The translations under genes and the position numbers were made by a program. Below, one piece after another: positions 9,455 to 19,360 of a stretch of DNA of 64,000 nt (positions within the stretch are counted from its first letter, which is position 1; each line of letters opens with the position of its first letter). The stretch lies in NCBI GenBank assembly GCA_963730185.1, contig CAVSQW010000012.1:160001-224000 (forward strand), written 5' to 3'. Under the pieces are notes generated by a model, which was given only the letters and a program-made list of their open reading frames with translations, searched no databases and was not told the DNA's origin. The stretch is from an uncultured Gemmatimonadales bacterium. GTDB lineage: Bacteria; Gemmatimonadota; Gemmatimonadetes; Gemmatimonadales; GWC2-71-9.

Positions 9455-12127
9455 CTAACGTCGGGGCGAGGGGCGACCCGGCGCCCCGCCGAGCTCCAGC
9501 CGAACCGACTCGACCTCCACCCCGTAGACCCCGCGCCTGGCCGGCGGTCCCGGCTCGGGGCGGAGCGAGAGCTGCAGTCGCTCGAGCTCCGCCGGGCGGA
9601 GGTGATCTCCGGCGCCACCCCGCCCCGCCGCCGGGCCCACCCAGTAGCTCCAATTGCCCGGGAACCCCTGCGGAAGGAGCACCCCCCGGCCGGCCTGGAA
9701 CGCCGCCAGTGGGATGGTTCGTTCGGTCCAGCCGGAATCGACGGTCACGGGCGCGGTCCAGCTGGTCCCGTCGGCCTCCATCAGGGTCAGGTGGAGTGTC
9801 TGGCGAGGGCCAAGGCCGCGAAGCCGGATTCGGACCGCGCCGGCTCGGGCGATCGCGTCGTGGCGGGCCCGGATCCGATCCTCGATCACCAGCGACGCGG
9901 TGTAGTCCGGGGGGCTCCAGCCGTTCGGCGCGACCGGCAGCTCGAGGTGAAAGACCGGCCGGCCGGTGACCTCGGACAAGCCCACCCGGAAGAGACCCAG
10001 CCGACCGGCGTCGCCGATCCGCGTGAAGGCCAGCCGACGCGCATCGGTTCCAGGAGCGAACAGAGTCACCGGGGTGGCCTCGCCGACCATCGTGAGGCTC
10101 CAGGCGGCGCCGTCGTAGTCGTTCCAGGCGCCCGGCCGCTCCGATCGGGCTCCCGGAAAGGTCGTTCCCGTCCCGGCGCGGTAGAGCGTGATCACGAACC
10201 GGTACGGCCCTTCCGCGAGGGTCTCGCCGGGAATGGCAGCCCGGTAGCGATAGCCGCCGGCCGGCGCCATCGGGTATCGTCGGTAGAAGCCGCCGGCCGC
10301 CGGCCGAATCCAGAGCGCGACCGAGTCGGGCGGCTGGTCGTCGACCACCCGCGCGGTGAGCTCGATCGGCCGGCCGGCCAGGAATGCCGGCGCGGCCAGC
10401 GACTCGATCGAGGGTGGCAGTGATTCCACCGGCGGGGGATGGTACTCGGCGAAGCCGATCCGGCCGAGGGTGGCCGGCAGGGTGGCGGGATCGACCGCGC
10501 CGCCGGCGCTCAGGACGTACACGCCGGGTCGGACGGTAAAGCGGCCCCCTTCGGCCCGCTGCTCGGTCGGGTTCCCGGCGGAGATCGGCTGCACCGTGAA
10601 CGAGGGTCCGAGGTCGGGGAGGTCGACCGTCATGCCCCAGGTCCGGCTGATCGCGCGGGTCACGATCTTGTCGGCGTTCGGCGGCTCGAACGGGTCGCGA
10701 ACCGGTACGGCGTCGGGATAGATCTCCAGCCGCCAGAGCCCCGACCGGACCTTGTCGAGGAAATAGATCCCTCGGCCCTCGTAGCCCACCGTGCTCGACG
10801 ATCCGAACCCGGCCACCCGGTCCAGCCGGCGGGGATCGGGTGGCACCGCCCGGGTGGAGCTGGTGTAGAGGAACGCGTCCGGCGCCACCAGCTCGCCGAG
10901 ATCGCCCTGGTACGAGACGTGGAAGTCGCCGAACCTCGTGTTCGCGGGATAGGACCCGTACGACTTCATCCGGGGCAGGCGGCGCATCGCCTCCGCCGCG
11001 ATGATCGCGCTCATCGCCTTTCGCGGGGTGTAGACCAGGTTCAGGTAGTGGGTCTGCCACCCCAGGTTCCGGGAGGCCGTCCGGAGCATGTCGTAGGAGA
11101 ACATCGCCGCGAACTGGGCGCCGACCGACCGGAAGGTCCGGACCATGGCCGGATACATCGTGCCGGTCCGGAGATCAGGGCTGTCGAATTCGTACACGAT
11201 CCGCGGGAGCCGAGCCAGCTCGGGCCGGAGCATGTCGGGGTACCCATCGGTGGTTCGGAGGTAGTTGCCCTGGAGCTCGTGACCGCTGTTGAGCCCGGTC
11301 GGATACCAGCCGAAGGTCACGCCCTGGGCCCGCGACCGGGCGATCGCCTCGCCGATCCGGAAGTCCTGGCTCACGTTGTGGAACACGAGCTTGGTACACC
11401 CGGTGCTCCGGACCGCCTCGGTGAGGGTGTCGATGTAGCGGATCGAGCCGGCCAGGTCCTCCGGGTGATGCCAGGGCTCGTTCACCAACTCGACGAAGAG
11501 GATCGCGGGCTCGTCCTTGAGGGCCACGCCGGTGTAGGGATTGACGTGGTTCAGGATCTGGCGGAGGTAGTTCACCTGAGCCGCGATGGCCTTCGGATCG
11601 GTGCCCATCGGGCCCTTCCCGAAGTGCCGTCCAAAGCCCGGCGCCGACGTGTCGGCGATCGCGTCCGGCCAGTTCGAGCCGTAGAGCTGGATCGGGCTGA
11701 ACAGCAGGTAGATCCCCCGCTCGCGAGCCCGGGCGATCAGATAGTCCAGCAGGTCGAGGTGATCGTTCGCGATCAGGTTGCCCGCGCTGTCGGACGCTTC
11801 CCAGTCTCCCCAGAAGGTGAGCCGGATCCCGTCCCATCCCATCCGGGCGAATTGGGCCATGTCCTCGTCGATCATCTGCCTGCGATCGGCGTGGACGTAG
11901 CCGGCGGCCCGATAGTCCGAGGCGGTGGTCACCACGTAGTTCGCGCCGAGCAGCGAGACCTCGGTGCCGTCGTCCCGCCAGCGAACGACGCCGGTGCTGT
12001 CGAGAAAGACGGCCCGGTCGGCCCGGATGGAGGCGGGCAGGTCGACGGACGGCCGGGTCTGGGCCGACGCCGATCCGGGGCCCGACCAGATCAGGGCCAG
12101 GGCGGCGAGGGCGAGAAGCGGTCGCAT
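9455..12127 (-). CDS. Secreted clan GH-A (GH5-like) glycoside hydrolase with C-terminal CBM-like domain; substrate unknown
   Basis: Signal peptide; HVNPYTG..KDEPAI..ELVNEP (acid/base) and IVYEFD (nucleophile); 890 aa. Confidence 0.65.
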   Translation of the reverse strand: MRPLLALAALALIWSGPGSASAQTRPSVDLPASIRADRAVFLDSTGVVRWRDDGTEVSLLGANYVVTTASDYRAAGYVHADRRQMIDEDMAQFARMGWDGIRLTFWGDWEASDSAGNLIANDHLDLLDYLIARARERGIYLLFSPIQLYGSNWPDAIADTSAPGFGRHFGKGPMGTDPKAIAAQVNYLRQILNHVNPYTGVALKDEPAILFVELVNEPWHHPEDLAGSIRYIDTLTEAVRSTGCTKLVFHNVSQDFRIGEAIARSRAQGVTFGWYPTGLNSGHELQGNYLRTTDGYPDMLRPELARLPRIVYEFDSPDLRTGTMYPAMVRTFRSVGAQFAAMFSYDMLRTASRNLGWQTHYLNLVYTPRKAMSAIIAAEAMRRLPRMKSYGSYPANTRFGDFHVSYQGDLGELVAPDAFLYTSSTRAVPPDPRRLDRVAGFGSSSTVGYEGRGIYFLDKVRSGLWRLEIYPDAVPVRDPFEPPNADKIVTRAISRTWGMTVDLPDLGPSFTVQPISAGNPTEQRAEGGRFTVRPGVYVLSAGGAVDPATLPATLGRIGFAEYHPPPVESLPPSIESLAAPAFLAGRPIELTARVVDDQPPDSVALWIRPAAGGFYRRYPMAPAGGYRYRAAIPGETLAEGPYRFVITLYRAGTGTTFPGARSERPGAWNDYDGAAWSLTMVGEATPVTLFAPGTDARRLAFTRIGDAGRLGLFRVGLSEVTGRPVFHLELPVAPNGWSPPDYTASLVIEDRIRARHDAIARAGAVRIRLRGLGPRQTLHLTLMEADGTSWTAPVTVDSGWTERTIPLAAFQAGRGVLLPQGFPGNWSYWVGPAAGRGGAGDHLRPAELERLQLSLRPEPGPPARRGVYGVEVESVRLELGGAPGRPSPRR

Positions 12128-12135
12128 CGGAGCTC

Positions 12136-14607
12136 CTACCGGGCGGCCGGAACGACCGGGCCCATCTCACCCGGCCCCACCGGGATGGTGATCTGGCCGT
12201 CCCGGAGACCGGGCGCGGTCGCCTTGACCACCAGCCGCCCGGCCCGGCTGGCCCGGAGAATCGCCAGGCCCCGGCCGTTGAAGACGTGACGCCGAGGGGT
12301 CCGGTAGGGGTCGTGGTCGCTCAGGTCGGCGTTGTCGAGGGCCACGAGCTCCCCGCCGGTCGCGGTGACGGTCACCAGATCGGTCGCGGTCGGCACGACC
12401 GTCCCCGCCGCGTCCACCACCTCGAATCGCACCAGGGCCACGTCGCCCGGAGCGGTGGTCAGGGTGTCCCGCTCGGCCACCAGCCGGAGCGCGGCCGGGG
12501 TCCCCGCCGTTCGGACCGAGTCGTGGCAGGCGACGGTGCCGTCGCGGGTCTTGCCCACCGCCTCGAGGAGACCGGGCTCGTACGGCACGTCCCAGGAGAC
12601 GTGGAGATCGTTGGTGGTGGGCCGGACCACCGGAAGGGCATAGGTGTTCCAACCGCCCGACACGCCCTGGGCGGGGAACTCCATCCGCTTCTCGCCGAGC
12701 GAGCGCCCGTTGAGGAACAGCTCGACGACGTTGCAGTTGCTGAACGCCACCACCGGAATCACCTGGCCTTGCCGTCCCGGCCAGTTCCAATGGGGAAAGA
12801 GATGGAGGACCGGCCGGTCGCTCCAGAGGCTCTGATAGAGGTAGTACGAGTCCTTGGGTCGGCCGGTGATGTCGAGCACCCCGGAGCCGAAGCCCTTGAA
12901 CGGCCAGGTGGCCTCGCCCAGATAGTCGACGCCGGTCCACATGAAGTCGCCCGAGAAGTAATCGTGCATGGTGATCCACTTCCAGCGGCGCTCGGCCTGG
13001 GTCATCCCGCTGGCGTAGTTGGCCCGGACCACGGCCGGGTCGTCGCCCAGCGAGTAGCGCTCGTCCCGGCTCTGGAACATGTTGCCGCTCTCGGTGCCGA
13101 CCATCTTCCAGTCGGGATGGGCGTGCCGGTCGGGCTCCGCGAAGATCTCCCGCCGCTCGTGCCACCGGTCCACGTAGTTGTAACCCACCACGTCTTCGGC
13201 GCTCAGGAACTCGGCCGAGGCGGCGTGCCCGTCGGCGGCGATCTGGTCGTTGCCGGTGGTCACCGGGCGGGTGGGGTCTTCGCGATGGAAGATGTCGAGC
13301 AGCCGCTTCAGCACCCGGACGCCGTCCGAGGCCGACTGCTCGCCGATCTCGTTCCCGGCGCTCCAGAGCACGATCGACGGGTGGTTCCGGTCGCGGTGGA
13401 CGAAGTCGACCACGTCGCGCTCCGACCACTCGTCGAAGTAGCGATGATACCCCTCGGGCACCTTCCCGATGGTCCACTCGTCGAACGCCTCGGCCATCAC
13501 CAGGAATCCCATCCGGTCGCAGAGGTCCAGGAACTCCGGCGCCGGCGGATTGTGCGAAGTGCGAATCGCATTGACCCCCATCGCCTTGAGCGCGGCCAGC
13601 CGGGTCTCCCAGATCGCCTCGGGCACCGCCGCCCCGACCGCGCCGCCGTCGTGATGGAGGTTCACCCCGCGGAGCTTGACTCGCCGCCCGTTGAGGAGAA
13701 AGCCGCGATCGGCGTCCCAGGCGATCGACCGGACCCCGAACCGGGTGGCGATCTGGTCGACCGCGCGCGGCCCGTCCAGCACCTCGCTCCGGGCCGTGTA
13801 GCGATCCGGCGTCTCGACCGACCAGAGCCGGGGGTCGGTCAGCTCGACCCGCTGCTCCACCTCGGTCGCTTCGCCCGCGGCCAGAGTGAAGGGCGTCTCG
13901 ATCCGGGCCGCCTCGCGACCGGCGGGATCCTCGATGACGGTCCGCAGCACCCCCCGCCCGGCGGAGCTCCGATGGTTCTCGACCCGGGTGCGGAGCCGCA
14001 CCTCGGCGCCGGCGGAGTCCGCCCGCGGCGTGGTGACATACGCGCCCCAATGACCGACGTGGAGCCGATCGACCGCGGTGAGCCAGACGTGCCGGTAGAT
14101 GCCGCTCCCGGTATACCAGCGCGAGTTCGGCTGGCGCGAGTTGTCCACCCGGACCGCCACGACATTGACCCCGGACACGAGATGATCGGTCACGTCGTAC
14201 CCGAAGCTGGCATAGCCGAAGGGCCGCCGTCCGAGATGATGGCCGTTGATCCAGACGTCGCTGTTCATGTAGACGCCGTCGAACTCGAGCCACACCTCGC
14301 GGTCGCGGCCCCGAGCGCCGTCCGGCAGCCGGAACGCCTTCCGATACCAGCCGATGCCCGACGGGAAGTAACCCATCGACCCACCGCCCGGCGCGGGCTC
14401 GCTGGGGGCGCCCTCGATACTCCAGTCGTGGGGGAGATCCACCCGGCGCCAGCTCCGGTCGTCGAAGCCGGGGCGATCGGCCCCGGCCGGATCGCCCACC
14501 ACGAAGCGCCAACCCGGGTCCATCGCATAGCGCTGGCGCTGAGCCTGACCCGGGACGGTGCCCAGCGAGATGGCCACCGCCACGAGCAGCAGAGTCGAAC
14601 GAACCAT
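12136..14607 (-). CDS. GH2 beta-galactosidase-like glycoside hydrolase, secreted
   Basis: LPHDWSIE, FDGVYMNS, RWYTGSGIYR, RTSHNPP, WSAGNE and WTGVDYLGE. ATG 14607 has a GAAGGAAGG RBS. Confidence 0.9.
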   Translation of the reverse strand: MVRSTLLLVAVAISLGTVPGQAQRQRYAMDPGWRFVVGDPAGADRPGFDDRSWRRVDLPHDWSIEGAPSEPAPGGGSMGYFPSGIGWYRKAFRLPDGARGRDREVWLEFDGVYMNSDVWINGHHLGRRPFGYASFGYDVTDHLVSGVNVVAVRVDNSRQPNSRWYTGSGIYRHVWLTAVDRLHVGHWGAYVTTPRADSAGAEVRLRTRVENHRSSAGRGVLRTVIEDPAGREAARIETPFTLAAGEATEVEQRVELTDPRLWSVETPDRYTARSEVLDGPRAVDQIATRFGVRSIAWDADRGFLLNGRRVKLRGVNLHHDGGAVGAAVPEAIWETRLAALKAMGVNAIRTSHNPPAPEFLDLCDRMGFLVMAEAFDEWTIGKVPEGYHRYFDEWSERDVVDFVHRDRNHPSIVLWSAGNEIGEQSASDGVRVLKRLLDIFHREDPTRPVTTGNDQIAADGHAASAEFLSAEDVVGYNYVDRWHERREIFAEPDRHAHPDWKMVGTESGNMFQSRDERYSLGDDPAVVRANYASGMTQAERRWKWITMHDYFSGDFMWTGVDYLGEATWPFKGFGSGVLDITGRPKDSYYLYQSLWSDRPVLHLFPHWNWPGRQGQVIPVVAFSNCNVVELFLNGRSLGEKRMEFPAQGVSGGWNTYALPVVRPTTNDLHVSWDVPYEPGLLEAVGKTRDGTVACHDSVRTAGTPAALRLVAERDTLTTAPGDVALVRFEVVDAAGTVVPTATDLVTVTATGGELVALDNADLSDHDPYRTPRRHVFNGRGLAILRASRAGRLVVKATAPGLRDGQITIPVGPGEMGPVVPAAR

Positions 14608-14708
14608 CAGGAGCCTTCCTTCGATCGCGAGAGGGCCCGCGGCTGTCGCGGCCGCGGACCGACCACTACATTCCCGGTCCAATCAGTGAATCGGTCTGGG
14701 TAGCGACG

Positions 14709-16076
14709 ATGCGACATCTCCTTCTCAAAACGGCGCTTCCGATCTGCCTCGTGGCGTCGTCGGCCGCCGCGCAATCCACCCCGGCCCTGGCGCCCGACAC
14801 GTCGTGGGTCTCGCGGGCCACGCTCTACGAGGTGTTCGTGCGGGACTTCTCCGCCACCGGCGGCTTCGCGGGCGTGACTCGCGGGCTCGACCGGATCCAG
14901 GCCGCCGGGGCGAACACCATCTGGTTGATGCCGATCTTCCCCGTCGGCGTCAAGAATCGGAAGGATCCGCTCGGTTCGCCCTATTCGGTAGCCGACTATC
15001 GGGCCGTGAATCCGGCCTTCGGCACCGCTGACGAATTCCGGGACCTGGTCCGCGCGGCGCATGCCCGCGGCCTCAAGGTGATCCTCGACTGGGTCCCGAA
15101 CCATACCTCGTGGGATGCCGTGTGGGTTCGCGAGCACCCCGAGTACTACCTCCGCGACTCGGCCGGGAAGATGACCGTGCCCCGGGACGAGAAGGGGAAG
15201 CTCACCGACTGGACCGACGTCGCCCAGCTCGACTACGACAACCCCGGCCTCCGGCACGCCATGATCGACGCCATGCGCTACTGGCTCGACGAGTTCGGGA
15301 TCGACGGGTTTCGGTGCGACGTCGCCGGGTTCGTGCCGGATCGCTTCTGGCGCGAGGCGATTCCGGCGCTTCGCCGCTCCGTCGACCGCCCGATCCTTTT
15401 CCTGGCCGAGTGGGGCGACCTGAAGATGCACCAGGTGGGCTTCGACCTGACCTACGGCTGGGACGCCTACGCCCGGCTCAAGACGGTCTGGAAGGGAGCC
15501 CCGGCCTCGGGCTTCGTCCAGGGCGAGGTCGCCGACGCCCGGGCCATGCCACCCGGCGGGATGCGACTCCGGTTCACGACCAACCACGACGAAACGGCCT
15601 GGGACCAGCCGCCGGTGACGCTGTTCGGCGGCACCGCCGGCGCCCGGGCCGCGTTCGTGGCGATGGCGCTGATGCCGGGCCGGCCGCTGCTCTACGACGG
15701 CCAGGAGATCGAGAGCCCCAAGCAGCTCGGCCTCTTCACCCGGGACCCGATCGACTGGGATCGACCCGGCGCCGCGGTGGCCCGGCGGTTCTACGCCCGG
15801 GTCATGCGCCTGGCCGGCTCCGACGCGGATCTGCTCCGCGGGCCCCTGGCGGCGGTCCAGAGCTCGGCCCCTGACGACGTGATCGCCTACCGTCGAGGCC
15901 GGCTGGTGATCCTGGTGAACGCCCGGAATCACGCGGTTACGCCGTCGGTCTCCGGCGGGTTGGTGGACGGCGCCCGCGATCTGCTGTCGTCTCGGATTCA
16001 GCGAGGCAACGAGGTCGCGCTCCCGCCCTACGGCGCGGTGGTGCTCGAGCCGCCGGCGACCGGTCACCGCCCCTGA
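14709..16076 (+). CDS. GH13 alpha-amylase family protein, secreted
   Basis: Signal peptide; YEVFVRDF, GSPYSVADY, DWVPNH, GFRCDVA, LAEW and TNHDE. Confidence 0.9.
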   Translation: MRHLLLKTALPICLVASSAAAQSTPALAPDTSWVSRATLYEVFVRDFSATGGFAGVTRGLDRIQAAGANTIWLMPIFPVGVKNRKDPLGSPYSVADYRAVNPAFGTADEFRDLVRAAHARGLKVILDWVPNHTSWDAVWVREHPEYYLRDSAGKMTVPRDEKGKLTDWTDVAQLDYDNPGLRHAMIDAMRYWLDEFGIDGFRCDVAGFVPDRFWREAIPALRRSVDRPILFLAEWGDLKMHQVGFDLTYGWDAYARLKTVWKGAPASGFVQGEVADARAMPPGGMRLRFTTNHDETAWDQPPVTLFGGTAGARAAFVAMALMPGRPLLYDGQEIESPKQLGLFTRDPIDWDRPGAAVARRFYARVMRLAGSDADLLRGPLAAVQSSAPDDVIAYRRGRLVILVNARNHAVTPSVSGGLVDGARDLLSSRIQRGNEVALPPYGAVVLEPPATGHRP

Positions 16077-17692
16077 CCGTCAGCGCGGGTCAGGACGAGC
16101 ACGACACTCGCCTTCGGGGCGAGGATTCCTGACCCGGTCACCCCGTCAAGCCGCCCGGCCTCGTCGACCTGCAGCTCGCCTCGAGACCCGTCCATCAGGT
16201 TCCGCGTCTGGTAGCGCCCCGGTCCAAGGGCCTCGGGCGCGGCTCTGACGGCCAGCGCGCCGCTGGCGCCCGGGGCCAGGTTGGCCACCACCAAGACCAG
16301 CTCGTCGTCGGCTCGCCGAAGATACGCGACCACCGATGAATCGCCGGTTGCGAGCGGAACGAGCCGACCGATCCCGAGGGCCGGCTCCGCCTTTCGGAGA
16401 TGGATGAGCCGCCGGTAGAGGTTCAGCAGCGACCCTGGATCGCCGTCCTCGGCCGCCACCGTCGTGGTGAACGAATCGGGCTGGGCGGCCTCCCAAGGCC
16501 TGCCCGAGGTAAACCCCAGGCCGGGCTCCGCCCGCCACTGCATCGGGGTCCGGAGCCGCTCGTCCGGCTTGTCGCCGGTCATCCCGATCTCCTCGCCGTA
16601 GTAGACGAAGGGAAGCCCCGGCAGCGTCAGGAGGATCACGGCTCCCAGCCGGGCGCTGGCCCAGTCGCCGCCGACCGCGGTGAGCGTTCGGGTCTGGTCG
16701 TGATTCCGGAGGAAGGGAGACCAGCGATAGGGCGGCAGGGTGTCCTGGAGCCGGAGAAACCCGGCCAGCAGATCGGTCGCGGAACCCCGCCGGAGCGCGG
16801 CGATCAGCGAGTCGGAGAGCGAGAAGGTGAAGTACGACGTGAGCTGGTCGGGATAGTACGGCAGTAGGGTGTCGATGCTCCCCCAGACCTCGCCGACGGT
16901 ATAGGTCCCCGGCCGGACCGACCGGAGGTGCGCCGCGTACTCTCGGAGAAAGGCGTGGGTGCCCTCGCAGCCCACCTGGCAGTCACCCTCCTCCACCAGA
17001 TACGGCACCGCGTCGAGCCGGAACCCGTCCACTCCCATCTCGGTCAGCCAGAAGGTCGCGATCTTGTTCGCCTCCTCGCGCACCGCCGGGGTGTGGTAGT
17101 CGAGGTCGGGCATGCCCTTCCAGAAGACGCCGTAGTAGTACTCGTCCCGGACCGGCGACTGGTGCCAGGCATCCATGCCCCAAGGCCCCTTGCCGGGCGG
17201 CTCGGGCGCGAAGCGATACCAGGAGCGATAGGGTGAGGTGGTGTCGTGGAGGGCGGCCTGGAACGCCGGCAGCCGGTCCGAGGTGTGGTTCAGCACCATG
17301 TCGACCAGCACCTCGATCCCCCGCCGGTGCGCCTCGGCCACCAGGCGCTTGAAGTCGGCGGCGGTGCCGTAGTCCGGCTCGACCCGGTAATAGTCGCTGA
17401 CGTCGTACCCGTGGTAGCTGGGCGACTCGGCCACCGGCATGAGCCAGAGGCACGACGCCCCGAGGTCGGTCGTCGTGGTCGAATCGCCGTCGTTGAGGTA
17501 ATCGAGGTGGGCGGTGAGCCCGTTCAGATCGCCGATGCCGTCGCCGTCGCTGTCGGCGAAGGAGCGGACGAACACCTCGTAGCAGGTGGCCCCCCGGGTC
17601 CAGGCGAAGTCGGCCGGCGGCGGCCGGTCCCCGGCGCGGCCGCACGCGGCAAGCGCCAACCCCACGGGGAGCCACCGCCGGGCCCGCCTCAT
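16064..17692 (-). CDS. GH13 alpha-amylase family lipoprotein
   Basis: Lipobox LAAC; YEVFVRSFADSDGDGIGD, SYHGYDV, DMVLNH, GFRLDAV, VGEVW and RNHDQ. Confidence 0.9.
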   Translation of the reverse strand: MRRARRWLPVGLALAACGRAGDRPPPADFAWTRGATCYEVFVRSFADSDGDGIGDLNGLTAHLDYLNDGDSTTTTDLGASCLWLMPVAESPSYHGYDVSDYYRVEPDYGTAADFKRLVAEAHRRGIEVLVDMVLNHTSDRLPAFQAALHDTTSPYRSWYRFAPEPPGKGPWGMDAWHQSPVRDEYYYGVFWKGMPDLDYHTPAVREEANKIATFWLTEMGVDGFRLDAVPYLVEEGDCQVGCEGTHAFLREYAAHLRSVRPGTYTVGEVWGSIDTLLPYYPDQLTSYFTFSLSDSLIAALRRGSATDLLAGFLRLQDTLPPYRWSPFLRNHDQTRTLTAVGGDWASARLGAVILLTLPGLPFVYYGEEIGMTGDKPDERLRTPMQWRAEPGLGFTSGRPWEAAQPDSFTTTVAAEDGDPGSLLNLYRRLIHLRKAEPALGIGRLVPLATGDSSVVAYLRRADDELVLVVANLAPGASGALAVRAAPEALGPGRYQTRNLMDGSRGELQVDEAGRLDGVTGSGILAPKASVVLVLTRADGQGR

Positions 17693-19269
17693 CGGCGAGT
17701 CGCCACGTCGACGGCCACCGCCGAGCGCGGCGCCAGGCTGACCGGCACCATCCCGGCGGCATCGACCGTGAGCTCGGTCCCGGCGCAGACCGAGCCCGCC
17801 AGGCCTCCGGTCAAGAGGTCGCAGTAGGCGCCCGGGGCGAGGCTTGTCGCGATCGACGCCGTCAGGGTCGAATCCTCGTTGTTGATCGCCACGAAGCCCT
17901 CGCTGCCCCGGGAAAAGGCGATGGCGTTGCTGCCGTCATCCCACCAGTTCTGGATCGCCGTGCCGGCCACCACGTGCCGGAAGCTCACCATCGTCGGATC
18001 GATGGGTCACGGTGCTCGCAGACCCACTCGCCGGGCACCGCCGTCTCGAGACTCGATCCGCAGACCAGGTCGTTGGTGTTGCCGGCCGCGTCGGACGGCG
18101 GCCCCAGTGAGTTCTGGGTCGGACACGAAAAGACGTAGCTCGAGAGGATCGACGGATAGCCGTACGGCTGGGCGAGCATCCAGACGTTGGCCAGCCGAAA
18201 CACGTTCCCGTTGCGGTAGCTCAGGCCGCAGTCGTGCTGGGTATCGTGGTTCTGGAGAAACACGACCGCTTTGTCGGACGGGATCAGCCCCCAGGCCGTC
18301 TCCGAAAACTGGCTCCCGGGCGGGCCGTTGGGGTCGAGCTGGGAGATGTGCTCGCCGTTCACGCCCCGGAACTTGTTCCCAATCCCGGTGAAGGTGAACT
18401 CGGTGACGTCGGCCGCCCCGCCCGAGGCGTAGCCTTCGCCGAAGTAGTCCCGGGGGCCAAGGGCCTCGCCGGGGCCGGTACTGACCTCCAGGAATACGTA
18501 GGGGATTGGCTTCCCCTCGGCTTCCAAGGTGTCGTTCACGAGCGAGAGAATGTCGTCCAGCTCCACCTGCTGGATGTGCTTGGCGGCATCGATCCGAAAC
18601 CCAGCCACGCCCATCCGGGCCAGCGACACCAGGTAGCCGGCGATCGTCTGCCGGACCGAGGCGAGCCCGGTGTTGAGGTCCGGCAGGGAAAGCAGCTCGC
18701 AGTCCTGCACGTTGGCGGCGTTGGTGTAGTCGTTCACCTGGCACGCCGGATGAAAGTCGGTCGGGGCGTAGAGGCCGGGGTAGTCGTACTTGGAGTAGGC
18801 CGTCCCGTTGCTCCCCACGCCCGGGCTGGGATAGTTGGTCATGTGGTTGATCACCGCGTCGACCAGGATGTCCACCCCGGCGGTCCGGCAGCGGGCGATC
18901 ATGCTCCGAGAACTCGTCTCCGGTCCCGGACCGGCTCCGTTCCACGCTGTAGCTCACCGGCTGGTAGCGTTCGCTCCAGTCGTGGGCCGGGACGATGCTG
19001 TGCTCCTCGGGCGGCGACACCTGGACCGCGCGGAAGCCGGCCGGTCCGAGCACCTGTTCACACTCGGTGGCGATGTCGCTCCACTTCCACTCGAAGAGGT
19101 GGACGACCACGTCGCCGGCGGCCATGTGGCCGCTCGGCCGATAGGCCGGCGCGAGGGTCGGCCGCGGGGTGGGGGGCGTGCTGGGGGGTGGGGTCGGCAG
19201 GGACCCGCTGCCGCAACCCGCCGTGAGCGCGACCAGGCCGGCGACGAGCTTCGGGAACAACGATCGCAT
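17689..19269 (-). CDS. GH13 alpha-amylase of the actinobacterial/animal-like type, lipoprotein; two frameshifts (~18903, ~17990)
   Basis: Three consecutive frames give HLFEWKW..QVSPP..RYQPVSY, then [27 protein letters not shown], then [15 protein letters not shown]. Lipobox LTAGC. Confidence 0.8.
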
Positions 19270-19360
19270 CCGGGAGGAACGACCCGTCAGAGTGGCAGTG
19301 AGCGCCGCCACCCGGAGGATGACGGCGCTCGACTGGATACCAGAACCACGTGCCGCGAGC

